A stretch of 50,992 nucleotides of DNA from Salisapilia sapeloensis CBS 127946 (Eukaryota > Protista > Oomycota). Below, in pieces: positions 21,629 to 32,000 of this stretch. Location: NCBI GenBank assembly GCA_023334545.1, contig JAADVB010000130.1, positions 1 through 50,992 on the forward strand, read 5' to 3'. Below the pieces are notes generated by a model. The model ran no database searches, had not been told where the DNA came from, and was given only the letters and a program-made list of their open reading frames with translations. The position numbers and the translations under genes are program-made. Every line of letters begins with the position of its first letter. Position 1 is the first letter of the stretch.

Positions 21629-22461
21629 TGATGTTAATATGATCCAGCTTATCAGCATGCTGCTATAGAAGCAATGCACTGCTACACTTTTGACATCTTG
21701 TTTGAGATCATAAGAGATTGCTAGTTTTATATTCGCAAGGAGAGTTAAGTAAAATGTCCAAGCCCGATATATTTTGGATTTCTCTGCATTTATCCATGGA
21801 ACTCCAAATGCGTCTTTGCTCTTTGAATAGATGCATACAAAATGATTACTATCCTCTTTCACACGTTGTTGCAACTGGACTTAAAGTCGCTAGTTATCAA
21901 TTGCTCTCCTCCCTGAGCTCTCCCAGTGTATCTGCCAGTCTAGTGAAGTACTTTGATAAAAATTGGAGAAGATACTTCCTTTACCATTATAGATTGACAC
22001 ACTGGGTGCATAATAGATGAGCCATCTGACTCGAAGTTTCAGTCTTCAGCTCATCCTGGACGCGGTCTCGACAAGGACGAAGTGAGGTATTTCTAAGCGT
22101 AGTGAAATAAAAGGATATTATAGTCCAATAAATCATTTACTTTTATTCCAATTCAGAATTCGATCACATAGAACATGACGAAAGTACCTTTACGACGGTA
22201 GAAAAATTTGTCGTAAAACAGAGGCATTATAACGTTTGTAGAATGAGATATGGTCACTTTAGTTATCTTAATTCCAAAGGTGTTGGAAATAGATGAGTAG
22301 ATACCGAAGTGAGATAAGACTCGAAGTGAAATTAAGATAAGACATATCTATCATGCCCATAGTCCATCTATAAACCAATCCACGGACAAGTTAGGTAAGT
22401 TTCCAGTGCTTGTTTCTAATAATTTCCTTTTCATAAGCTTTCATATTGACGACACATATAA

Positions 22462-22884
22462 ATGGTGACCCAAAAGGAGGTCGATGACCGGCTTGGTTCG
22501 CTTCATGCCAAGCTTGAAGCGGAAGCAAAGGAATGGGAGGATGAAGAACGCCGGCTGTACGAATTCGAGGAAAGTTTGCTACGTGATACGGTTGGCGAAG
22601 GAAATATATTGATGGGATGGGGAGAGCCTCGGACTGCTGGCGTGCGCTTCCGGAACGCTGGCATTCGAAAGCGAAAGCGTGAACGACGTCAGCTTTCCCA
22701 TCCGAACGACCCTCTTCCAGAGGAAGCACCTACACCTGAAGAGCAGCTACGTATTGACAAGCATCGCTTGGCATCCTATTCATCCGTCACGTCTCCAGGC
22801 GAAGAAATTTTCCAGACGATTAGGAAGCGGCAGCAGGCACAAGAAACACAAAAGGATAGCAGTACTAAAAAGACCAAGCGATAA
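22462..22884 (+). CDS. EAF6: EAF6/MEAF6 NuA4 histone acetyltransferase subunit
   Basis: RLYEFEESLLRDTVGEGNILMGW and RLASYSSVTSP match the Eaf6 pattern IY..E.SYL.DT...GNII.GW...R.FS.SS.TS. Confidence 0.8.
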   Translation: MVTQKEVDDRLGSLHAKLEAEAKEWEDEERRLYEFEESLLRDTVGEGNILMGWGEPRTAGVRFRNAGIRKRKRERRQLSHPNDPLPEEAPTPEEQLRIDKHRLASYSSVTSPGEEIFQTIRKRQQAQETQKDSSTKKTKR

Positions 22885-23014
22885 TAAATCTACCAATTGT
22901 TCGTATGTGAAGTATATCAAGCATAAAATCGATAAGAAGATGTGCTCGGAAATGATGTCCATTCTTATTTGGGAACTGCTCCTATCAGACACAAAGGATC
23001 CTACTTGCAGCCTA

Positions 23015-24477
23015 TTAACATGTAAAGTACATGTACAGCTCTCCTACAATCGTCACAACGAGCCAGAAGAGCGCGACAGCGCTACTGCCAACGCCTAGAG
23101 CATCCGCAGCACTATTCACGATCGAGACACCCATGGAGCCGACCTTGATGGACGCTGCCCAGATCAAGTAGATGTACATAAGGTTCACCATCATCCCATT
23201 GAACGATCCTTCCGACCCGATCTCGTCCGGAACGTCCTCCGTGCATGCTTTCAAGAACACTCGACGTAGCGCGAGTCGGTTCAGATTCCGATTCCGACTC
23301 GGGTTGTCGCTCAAAGGCTTGTTTTCAAACTCTGGCAGATACCGCACGAGCGTGTGACCGTTCAAGGACCAAAGACGACCAGGAGGCCACAGCTCATATG
23401 CGCCATAGACCACTGCCGGGACGACGTTCTTCTGCGTTTCTTCACGCAAGTAGAATGGTCCTTTCTTAAAATCCTGAAGAAGACCGTCTTTGGATCGAGT
23501 GCCTTCCGGAGAGATAGAGACCGAGTTGCCGTGGTCGTTCATGGAGAGAGTGAGCTCTCGAAGGCTCTTGAGAGCGTTCTTACGATTCGATCGGTCGATA
23601 CCAACGTAGCCAAAGCCCCAACGAGCGCCCCATCCGAGGAACGGGATCATGAACAAAGACTTTTTCGCTGCAAACTACTCGAACGGTTAGATAATTGGCA
23701 TGGAAGAGTCTTCTAAGTGGTAAAAACGTACTTTTAGAGCTGTCGGGGATGTTCCGTTGACGATGAAGCCATCCAAGTTGGATGCATGACTAGCTAGATG
23801 GTAAGTGTGTGCCTTCCATCGATTTGTAGAGATAAATTGTACCTGAACATGCAGACGACCGAGTCTTTCATGTCTGTCAAATGCTCCAAACCTTCTGCTT
23901 TAGCATCTGATCCACTCACTTTCGATACCAAGTTGGCTACGAGCCACTGGAAGCAAAAGTTAGTTCCTATTTAAAACGAAATTGATTAAAGGATCATTCG
24001 TACCGCAACGATGTCCATTGGGAGGTAGTTCTTGGGCACACCAGCTCTTCGTAGCATCGGGTCGAGCAGCTTGATCGGGACGATGAAGCAGACGGCGCTG
24101 AACCAGCCAACGAGGAGCAGCATGCACGTGGCAGCTCTCGCGAGCATGAGTGCAAGAGTTAGTGGTGTGTGGGAAGCGGGGGCCACCTCGAGCTTGAGCA
24201 GCTTGCGTACATCATCCAGCTGCTTCTGAGCCTTTTGCATGGCTGGTGCAGTCAGCCACTCGGATTCGAGTTCATGCTCGTTCATTTTCTCTTCCAGCTC
24301 GATCCGAAGAAGCTCGCTGTCATGGTACAGAATTTTCCTCGCTTGGTTACGCCTCGCCCTCGAAGGGAGCGCATCGGCTTTCTCAAGTTCACCAGGGATA
24401 CGGTCCTGGATCTCCTTTAAGCGTTTGTCAAAGTCGATGGACTCGACGATACTCTCGGGCGTCATACTCGACGTCAT
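23015..24477 (-). CDS. 1-acyl-sn-glycerol-3-phosphate acyltransferase (PlsC/LPAAT), multi-exon
   Basis: Motif I SHASNLD near 23780, motif II YVGIDR, motif III PEGTRS, KKGPFYL; N- and C-terminal TM segments; GT-AG spacers between ORFs 23986 and 23015. Confidence 0.88.
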
Positions 24478-24647
24478 CCTCCCGTCGCGATTCTCCGCTT
24501 TTGCTTGTCAACGGTCCACGCGTGGATTATGGGACGTATGGTAGAAAAAGGCCTTTTTTCTGAGAATAGCGCCTGATGCGAGAAACAGATGACAAATACT
24601 GAAGTAGACAAAAGGTGTCAAGAACCACTTTGGATGTGTACGCTACA

Positions 24648-25568
24648 CTACAGCTTGGAGACTTGCGACTGAACTCGAGATGTGGAAACTTGGGCGATCC
24701 ATGGCGTCAATGCTTCCCCCAATTCCTTCGCTTTCGTTTTCTGAATGTTGTGTCCGCCGTCTTGGAAAATGATTCGAGGTCCACCAGTGATATTAGTCTC
24801 AACTACGGCCTGGCATATGGCACTTTCGATCAATTCGTCGTCGGTCGACCAAGCAAAGAAGGCAGGAACCTCTCGTAGATACGCCAAGTCTTTCGCAAAT
24901 TTTTGAAAGTCTACTTTACTTCCGCGCATGATGCCAGCAACGTAATATGACTGGTCATAGCGAGGTGAAAACCCAACCAAGTCCACGAGCATCTTCTTAC
25001 TTGCCCAGCGAGCACTCGCTTCTACCACCGGTAGCTTGGATCTTGTTAAAGCAGCGAGAACAAGGATCATGTGTGGGGAAGCTGCCTGGTGTGGCTTTAA
25101 TCCAGCAGGTGCGAGCATGATTAATCCCTTTATATTGACCCTTTGCTCTCGAAGTGCGATGGCAGAGATATGAACCAGTGTGTGGCTTCCAAGAGAATGA
25201 CTGAGCATGAAGACTTCTTCTTCCGGAGAGCAAATTCGTTCGAGGGCATCCACTGCTAGCTCAGAGCTGCGGATCATGCCACAGAGATCATAAAAATCGT
25301 TGTCACCTAGAGGCTTTGAACGTCCAAAGCCAGGTAGGTTGAGTCCAATCACTCGCACAGACTTTTGCAGGTAAGGAATAAGGTAGCGAAAGTCATGATA
25401 CACGCCTGGGTTGCCATGAATAAGTACCACCGTAGGCGTTTTGCCCATGTCGATCTCGGGACCAACATCTAGATATTCTATCTGAGCTATACCAGGTATC
25501 TCGACCAGCTTTGGCTCAGGTAGCTTGATAGATGCAGCACGCTCTGCGTTTTTCGTAGTACTTGTCAT
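24648..25568 (-). CDS. Alpha/beta-fold serine hydrolase
   Basis: Oxyanion IHGNPG, nucleophile elbow SHSLG, acid STDD, catalytic His GGHNIQK; 306 aa, intronless. Confidence 0.88.
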   Translation of the reverse strand: MTSTTKNAERAASIKLPEPKLVEIPGIAQIEYLDVGPEIDMGKTPTVVLIHGNPGVYHDFRYLIPYLQKSVRVIGLNLPGFGRSKPLGDNDFYDLCGMIRSSELAVDALERICSPEEEVFMLSHSLGSHTLVHISAIALREQRVNIKGLIMLAPAGLKPHQAASPHMILVLAALTRSKLPVVEASARWASKKMLVDLVGFSPRYDQSYYVAGIMRGSKVDFQKFAKDLAYLREVPAFFAWSTDDELIESAICQAVVETNITGGPRIIFQDGGHNIQKTKAKELGEALTPWIAQVSTSRVQSQVSKL

Positions 25569-26137
25569 TGTGTAGATGTGAGCGGATTCTGAGGGAAAAG
25601 CTTTAGCGATACGTATACAAGTCCGACTTGCAAATCGTGTGCTAAATATACTATCTATTAGATTCTGATTATAATGTTTACGTCTTTGTCAGTTTGTACC
25701 CATGAGATGGGTACAAGCGAGAGAGCTCTCGGCTTCTATTGATGCTTTGCAGCAATACCTTGCAATTAAACTATGTAAAGCAAGCAATTATTTATGCAGT
25801 TAAAGTGCTTTGCGTCCACCAGATTTCTTTACATGCTGCCGAGACACTCACGCGTCATTTGCATGATGGAAATACTTTCAGTTACTTGTTGTACGATTGA
25901 TTTGAGTTTCCATCTCAATCCAATCTTCAGCTCCACCTACGCAAGAATATAACTTTTAAATACAACTATGAGTTCAATATTTCCACCTTCATTTTCTCGA
26001 TTTGTCTAGTATTATGGCTTCCATAGGCTACTCAAGGCACGAAGTAATCGAAAGCGAAGCATTTAATTTGTGGTGTAAAGTCAGGTTGATTGTATGATCG
26101 GGTACAATGTCTCCATAACAGGATACTTCTCAGGGAT

Positions 26138-26875
26138 CTAACCTCTGGGTGTTGTTATTTTGTTAAAGGCATTTTCACATGCTGCAGTAGCTGCCTCCTT
26201 TGTCTTATATCGGCCCAAGTACAAAGAAGTCTTCTGATCGGGCAAATTGAGTTTCGCCACGTACTGCTTTTTTCGATTCTGATTAATCGAATACAAGGGT
26301 CTGTCGCTCGGATCGTGGGAGCTAGATGAAGTGCTTTCCAACGACTCATACTCGCTTCGACTGCTCGTCAAGCTTCGAGCAAACGCACTCGCCGAACCTC
26401 TTGATGCGTCAAAACTCCTAGCGCTATCAATGCCTCCACTTTCAAGGCGATATACGCCGTTGTCATCCTCTTCTCCACTCTCTATATCTCCACCAGTTGC
26501 AATGACACGGCGCTCAAGAGGTCTTTGTGAGCGATATTTTCGCCATAAACGCTTTTGACCGAGTGCACCAAGTTTGGGATTCGTAAATATCGAAAATCGT
26601 TCTGCTTGAGCATCCAAATCGTGTTGATTTGACGATGTCTCTCGAGCTGAATTTATTCCAAATGGGTGCTTCCACGCAAATGCATTACCATGCTCTACAG
26701 TTGAGCTCTTCTGCTGTAGAGGCAGGCAATTCTGCGGTAGTTTCATAGCACTTTCGATGTCGTCATCCTGTGCTTTAAGTTGGTTTCCATGCTGTTCATC
26801 TCGGTCACCAGTGCTATTACTTCGAACCATCGAAGCTGAAGAGAATTTACTCGTTAACTTGGTAGAGCGATCCAT
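26138..26875 (-). CDS. Low-complexity protein with a C-terminal AP2/ERF-like DNA-binding domain (start uncertain)
   Basis: KKQYVAKLNLPDQKTSLYLGRYKTKEAATAACENA fits the AP2 pattern W.A.I......LWLG.F.T.E.AA.AYD.A. The ORF track uses TTG at 26923; the first ATG is 26875. Confidence 0.65.
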   Translation of the reverse strand: MDRSTKLTSKFSSASMVRSNSTGDRDEQHGNQLKAQDDDIESAMKLPQNCLPLQQKSSTVEHGNAFAWKHPFGINSARETSSNQHDLDAQAERFSIFTNPKLGALGQKRLWRKYRSQRPLERRVIATGGDIESGEEDDNGVYRLESGGIDSARSFDASRGSASAFARSLTSSRSEYESLESTSSSSHDPSDRPLYSINQNRKKQYVAKLNLPDQKTSLYLGRYKTKEAATAACENAFNKITTPRG

Positions 26876-27147
26876 ACCTGACTCCCGGCGTATCAATCCA
26901 ATCGCTCGTCGAATACAACCCAAGTTTCCATAAATAGAACATCGATAGAATAGCTGAGTTTTTGCGTTGGTTTATTTTTACAAGATTTATTATTTTTCTT
27001 AGTGATGACATACCGACGTGTCATCCAGATCTTCTTATGTAGTGAAGTAAATTGGTGGAATGCAGCCTCTGTTCCTTTGTCGTTTTCATGCATTTTCGTC
27101 TTGCACTCTCGTTTCCGACAATTTAAGGAATCACATTTGTTCTTAGC

Positions 27148-28788
27148 TTAAAGTTCCTCCAGATCCATGGCGGTGTCATGATAGCGGACGGTCGAACCAG
27201 CAGGTGATGCGCTTCCGTCTTTTGGTTTGGATCTGCCGAACTTGACCCTCGTGGGCATCATGAGAGTTTCCGAAGGGGAATTAACAGTAGTCGCACGTAT
27301 ATCTATGGGCGAGGCTGGTTGAGACAGATCTGCCACGTGCATCTTGCCGTAAACGTTAGTCGTATTCGTCTTGTAGTACTGCTTCAGGAAATTGGATGCC
27401 GTAGTGACACTGGGTTGATTGCTGCGCCATGACCGTCTCGATCCCGTAGAGTCGGAAAGGTTGCTTTTTTGCTCCATCGACTCGGGGGTTACTCCTGAGC
27501 CCCCTTGCTTCCTCGTCGAAGAACTTAACGCTCCCATACTTGACTGAGTGAAATTTGATTGCTTCTTGGACTTTTTAAATAGCGTTCGTGTTGGTGCTAT
27601 CAGTTCACGGCCCTTCGACTTGGGTTCTTTCGGAGATGTCATGTTCGTTGTTTTGGCAGTTTCCACCTCGGATGTGCTTTGCGATCGGAAGAGCTTTGCG
27701 ATACCTCCAGTAGAGAACGTTGAGCTGATGCTGTACTTCTTAACTGGAGTTTTGTCACCACTGCTGACAGGACTGGGACTCTCTTTGGCACTCTTGCTGC
27801 TGTTAGAGCTCTTCCCGTTCATGTCATGCAGGCAATGCGTGCATATCCGCTTGTCTTTTTTACCTTCACCAAACACTTCAACCTTTACGACTTCATGACA
27901 GCCACGGCACACGACGCAGCCACAGACGCTGCAGTTATACTTGTCGGATTTCGTCATTGTAGCTGCGAGAGATACCGACTTGAATGGAATTTCGCATCGC
28001 TGACATTCGTTTTTCGATCGAGTAGGTGTCATCTGCTCTCGAGGAATAAGGTCTTGCGAATTAATTTGACGATGGCGAAAGTGAGCGCATATACGTCCGA
28101 CGACGCTTCCTAGGGCTGGCATTAATAGCCTATAGCCGATGTTCGGTAGCGCTCCACCCGGTTCGACATTCACGATGTAAGCAACACGCGTAACAGCGCC
28201 CACTTGACCGCTGTTGTAGACATAGTAACCTGAGCAATGGAAGCGGCTTCGAGTGTTGTTGTGAGGTATTTCTGGATGTGGAAGTCTAGGATCGTCGAGT
28301 GAGTCCCAGACACAATAGCCAAACGTAGCTCCGTTAGCTGTCTGCTTCACATTCGTTGCAACAGTGACGTATGCATCTCGATTCGACCGTAGTAACTTGG
28401 GTGATTTAAAAGACGTGTAGCGCACATAGACCGATCGATGCGGTTCTGCCTCCGTTGGGCTAATCAAGACGGACCCGAGGCGAGCGTCAAGGAGTTTCTT
28501 TCCATACACAATCTTGCAGCCTCTGTGGAACTGGACCTCATTCTCCACGGTGAATAGATCGATGACGCTTTCGACCGATGCAGACGTGTGGCCGACGAAG
28601 CAGAAGCGAAGTTCACTGCTCTTTCGAGGTGTCGGATCCGAGTAATAAGACACTCCGTTCTTCCTCATGACTGATTCCCACGGCTCGATGCTCTTTTCAT
28701 TCGGCACTTTCATCTTCAGAAATTGGTTTTCGGCTTCATTGATCTGGCTAAGCACGATATCTCGTTGCTTTGTACTGAGACCTGCCAT
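27148..28788 (-). CDS. Oomycete START-like + FYVE zinc-finger protein
   Basis: N-terminal helix-grip/START-like region (SNRDAYV, SRFHCSGYYV, VAYIVNVEPGG); eight Cys in FYVE spacing CQRC/CSVC/VCRGC/ICTHC; Ser-rich tail. Confidence 0.85.
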   Translation of the reverse strand: MAGLSTKQRDIVLSQINEAENQFLKMKVPNEKSIEPWESVMRKNGVSYYSDPTPRKSSELRFCFVGHTSASVESVIDLFTVENEVQFHRGCKIVYGKKLLDARLGSVLISPTEAEPHRSVYVRYTSFKSPKLLRSNRDAYVTVATNVKQTANGATFGYCVWDSLDDPRLPHPEIPHNNTRSRFHCSGYYVYNSGQVGAVTRVAYIVNVEPGGALPNIGYRLLMPALGSVVGRICAHFRHRQINSQDLIPREQMTPTRSKNECQRCEIPFKSVSLAATMTKSDKYNCSVCGCVVCRGCHEVVKVEVFGEGKKDKRICTHCLHDMNGKSSNSSKSAKESPSPVSSGDKTPVKKYSISSTFSTGGIAKLFRSQSTSEVETAKTTNMTSPKEPKSKGRELIAPTRTLFKKSKKQSNFTQSSMGALSSSTRKQGGSGVTPESMEQKSNLSDSTGSRRSWRSNQPSVTTASNFLKQYYKTNTTNVYGKMHVADLSQPASPIDIRATTVNSPSETLMMPTRVKFGRSKPKDGSASPAGSTVRYHDTAMDLEEL

Positions 28789-28847
28789 GACAAGGTCTAT
28801 TGTTCGTTCGCGTAGGCGGCGCGCGAGCTTTCGCTAGACAGAAGGGA

Positions 28848-28861
28848 AAAAGCAAAAGTGA
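28848..28861 (-). promoter_or_regulatory. INR/FPR-like core promoter of the START-FYVE gene
   Basis: Minus strand TCACTTT-TGC-TTTT, about 60 nt upstream of ATG 28788. Confidence 0.45.
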
Positions 28862-29050
28862 GGTCTGCAAATCAATCGTTACAGTAAAAGAGCGAGCTCT
28901 GAGATACAGTTCGCATCCATCTGGTCAGCGAAGGGATATTTTGGCCGATATCATTCCCAAGTGACAAAGCTGACTAGATGTCAATCACGCGAAGTGGACA
29001 CTTGTCGTATCCTGAAGCGTCGAACATATTGAAGTCACCATGGCGTGTCA

Positions 29051-32000
29051 ATGAAACGGACAAGAGAGCCTCTCGGGTTGTACAGTCGCGACCGAAAGTT
29101 GGGAGGCGATACGGTTCCTAGCATGGATCCCGAGAAAGAGGAGAGACGAGTTCAGCGAGCTAGAGAGAAGGAAGAGAAGGCGGCAGCTGCTGCTGCGGCA
29201 AAGGCTTTGAAAAAGCAAGCCGCATTATGGAAACGTCAACTGAAAAACCTCAAGCAGAAGAACCTGGAGAAGAAGACGGAGGCGATACGTTTTTGTGTTG
29301 AAGATCCTTTGTTTATTAAGCATGAAAATGTGCTGCCGTTGCTGCTGTCGACGTTGTCGAAAACAAAGGTACGGACTTTGTAATGTGTGGAATGTGTTGT
29401 AAATCATGATTAGGATGTTCCGCTACGTAGACAGCCGACATCATTGCCGAGGCACTCGACGCTCTGGAGAAGATAATAACTCCGGGAAAGACTGATCTGA
29501 CAGATCTTCAGAATGGAAATCAATCTGACAGGCCCGAGAGTAGAGCGCAACATTACGACGCGAATGGTATTTTCATATATGAATCGATGCTTGGATAGTG
29601 AGTAGAAACTTAGGATCTTGTCAATCATAGCGCTTTATATTGTCTCCTATTGCAACCAAGGCGATGACGAATACGAGGGAGGAGAAGTGTTCTTACGACT
29701 ATTAACGCTGTCAGTGTCTCATGATATCAAGGTTGGAGACCATATGGGCTACTAGAGCAAGCCATTAGCTCGTCATGTACTTACGCTGACCATACATATT
29801 CGTAGGTACGAACTGTGCGCGTTTTCGAAGCGTTGTTATTAGCTTGCATTCGGCGTGCGAATAAACAAAGGGAGGTTTTACCAGAAATGATCGCATTGCA
29901 AACTGTCGCATCTCCATCACAAGCTCTTTTATCTTGCTTGACAACGGACAATGTCGAGCTACAGGAAAATAGTTTGCACTGCTTGCAAACTTTATTGCTA
30001 CATCCTTTTGTTGAGCAAGTGCTAACGGATTTTGAAAAAGCTGATGGGATACAAAGGATATTAAAAAAGTTGCTGCCATCCAATCCGAACATGAAGCTCT
30101 CGATTTTGGAAATCGTTGCATACTATTCTACGTCAAAAAGTGGAAGACAACTGCTCAGAGCGGATGCGGTGTCAGAGTATTTAAAAGATTTCTTTTTGCT
30201 TGTAGTTTCGCCAGCTAAGAGCTCTATTACTGAGCATGACGACCCCAATGATCCCGATGGAGTAGCAGTAGAGGAAAAAGAAATGGTAGAAGACCAACAG
30301 CTACAATTATCGAAACATTTAAATTTAGCCTGTTGGAGCTTTTTTCGATGTGAGTTTGCGAGCGAATTAGAGTCTTGCTATCATCAGTTCAGCACACCTT
30401 GTGTTCGAGAAGTCATTACGGCAATGATCAATCTTATACAGAAGCAGCTCCAAGTAACTGACGACAAAGTGAAAGAAGAAGCGATAGATAGTTCAAGGTC
30501 TAATCTTGAAGAAGCACAAGAGCTACCAGTGGTTGAACGGTCGATGGATGTGGAAACTACAGCGACATTGACTTCTGTCCTAGGAAGAATGCTTGAGAAA
30601 TGTGAATGCTGTAAAGAGCATGCTAAGCAAGAAGGTTATATGGATGCTTTATTAAAACTTTTACTCTTAAAAGAAGAGTGTAACTCAATCGTACGCAATG
30701 CCGATAAGGCACTTCACCTGTGCGCGTATTGTGTAGATCCCGTCCAAAAGGCCAATATTATCGATCCGCGAGTTACTGGTACGATTGGGTTCCAATCCAC
30801 TGACGATAATGAAGACAATAAGACGGACGCGTCAAAACCTTTCATGATAGCAGAGAATATTGTTGAGGCCCTCGAAAACGCGAAGTCAGACGACAATAAG
30901 AAACTTCAGTTTCGATTAGCACATTGGCTTATGCTAATCCTCCAATCTCCTGCTAACGCGCAAGCCCTTCACAAGAAAACGACAGTTTCACTGTTGTGCA
31001 TGCTGCATGATGCTGGTAGCTGCGACGAGTGGATGACGACTTACTTACTCGCTAGCCTTCGGCACTTGGTTGTCTACACTGAATCGATAAATATCTCTGG
31101 CAATGAAAATTACGGCTTGGTCGACAAGCTTCTACAAATTCTGCATGAGAAAAAGGTAGGGCCTTCAAGTGCTAGTAAGTTAGGGAATGATCAAGTTTCA
31201 ACTAGTGTAACCGAACATTGTGAGCAAGCCAAAGACGAAAACGAGTATTATGCGTTAGAGTGGGCAGATGAACAGGATCTTAGTTCTAACTTTGGATACT
31301 CACCACTCACTGCAACTAGATATGAGTTAGATGTGGTACCTTGTATTGCAGACCTATTGAAAGCAATTACCGAGGGTTATGTTTCTTCCAATACTTCAAA
31401 AACACCAGACAAGTCTGCTCTACTAAATGCAGTTGATTATTTCAGACTACGCGATAGATCAAGCGTTCCTTCAAGCGTTAAAAAGGATCTTATGACCGAA
31501 GCACAAGCTCGAATACATGGAGTTGAGCTAATCAGTTCGCTTGTCGAACACGGTCTTGATCTTCTAGAGCTAGTACCAAGCTTTATATCTGCTTATGCTG
31601 AATCAACGACCGCTATACTTGAAGTGGTTTGTTGCATAATTGGTATCCAAGGTGCTGTCAAGACTTTCCTGTGGTATTCAGAGTCCCGCGAGAAGTCAGA
31701 TGGTGCGGGTGAAAACGTTAATTCGGAGGTTCATACTGATAAATGGCCTCGAAGCGCAGATATTTGTGCGAATTTGCCACATTATACGTTTTTAAAACCT
31801 ATCTTTACATTGATGCGTGATGCCAACTCCAAATATGAACAAATTGACGCGGCAACAGGTATTCTTGAAATCGCGACAAGTGCAGATGTGTGTGGGGAAG
31901 AAGAGTATGATAAGCTGATAAATGCGATAGTCGCTACGGGTGGCTTAGTTCTATTGCTCTCTTTCCTAGACACAGTCCGTGTACAGAATTCACCAACAGA

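Noticed and set aside
21630-22460. Short ORFs and splice-like signals between HROB-like and EAF6, plus a short imperfect duplication near 22304-22343
   Set aside because: No consistent spliced frame could be built on either strand; left unannotated.
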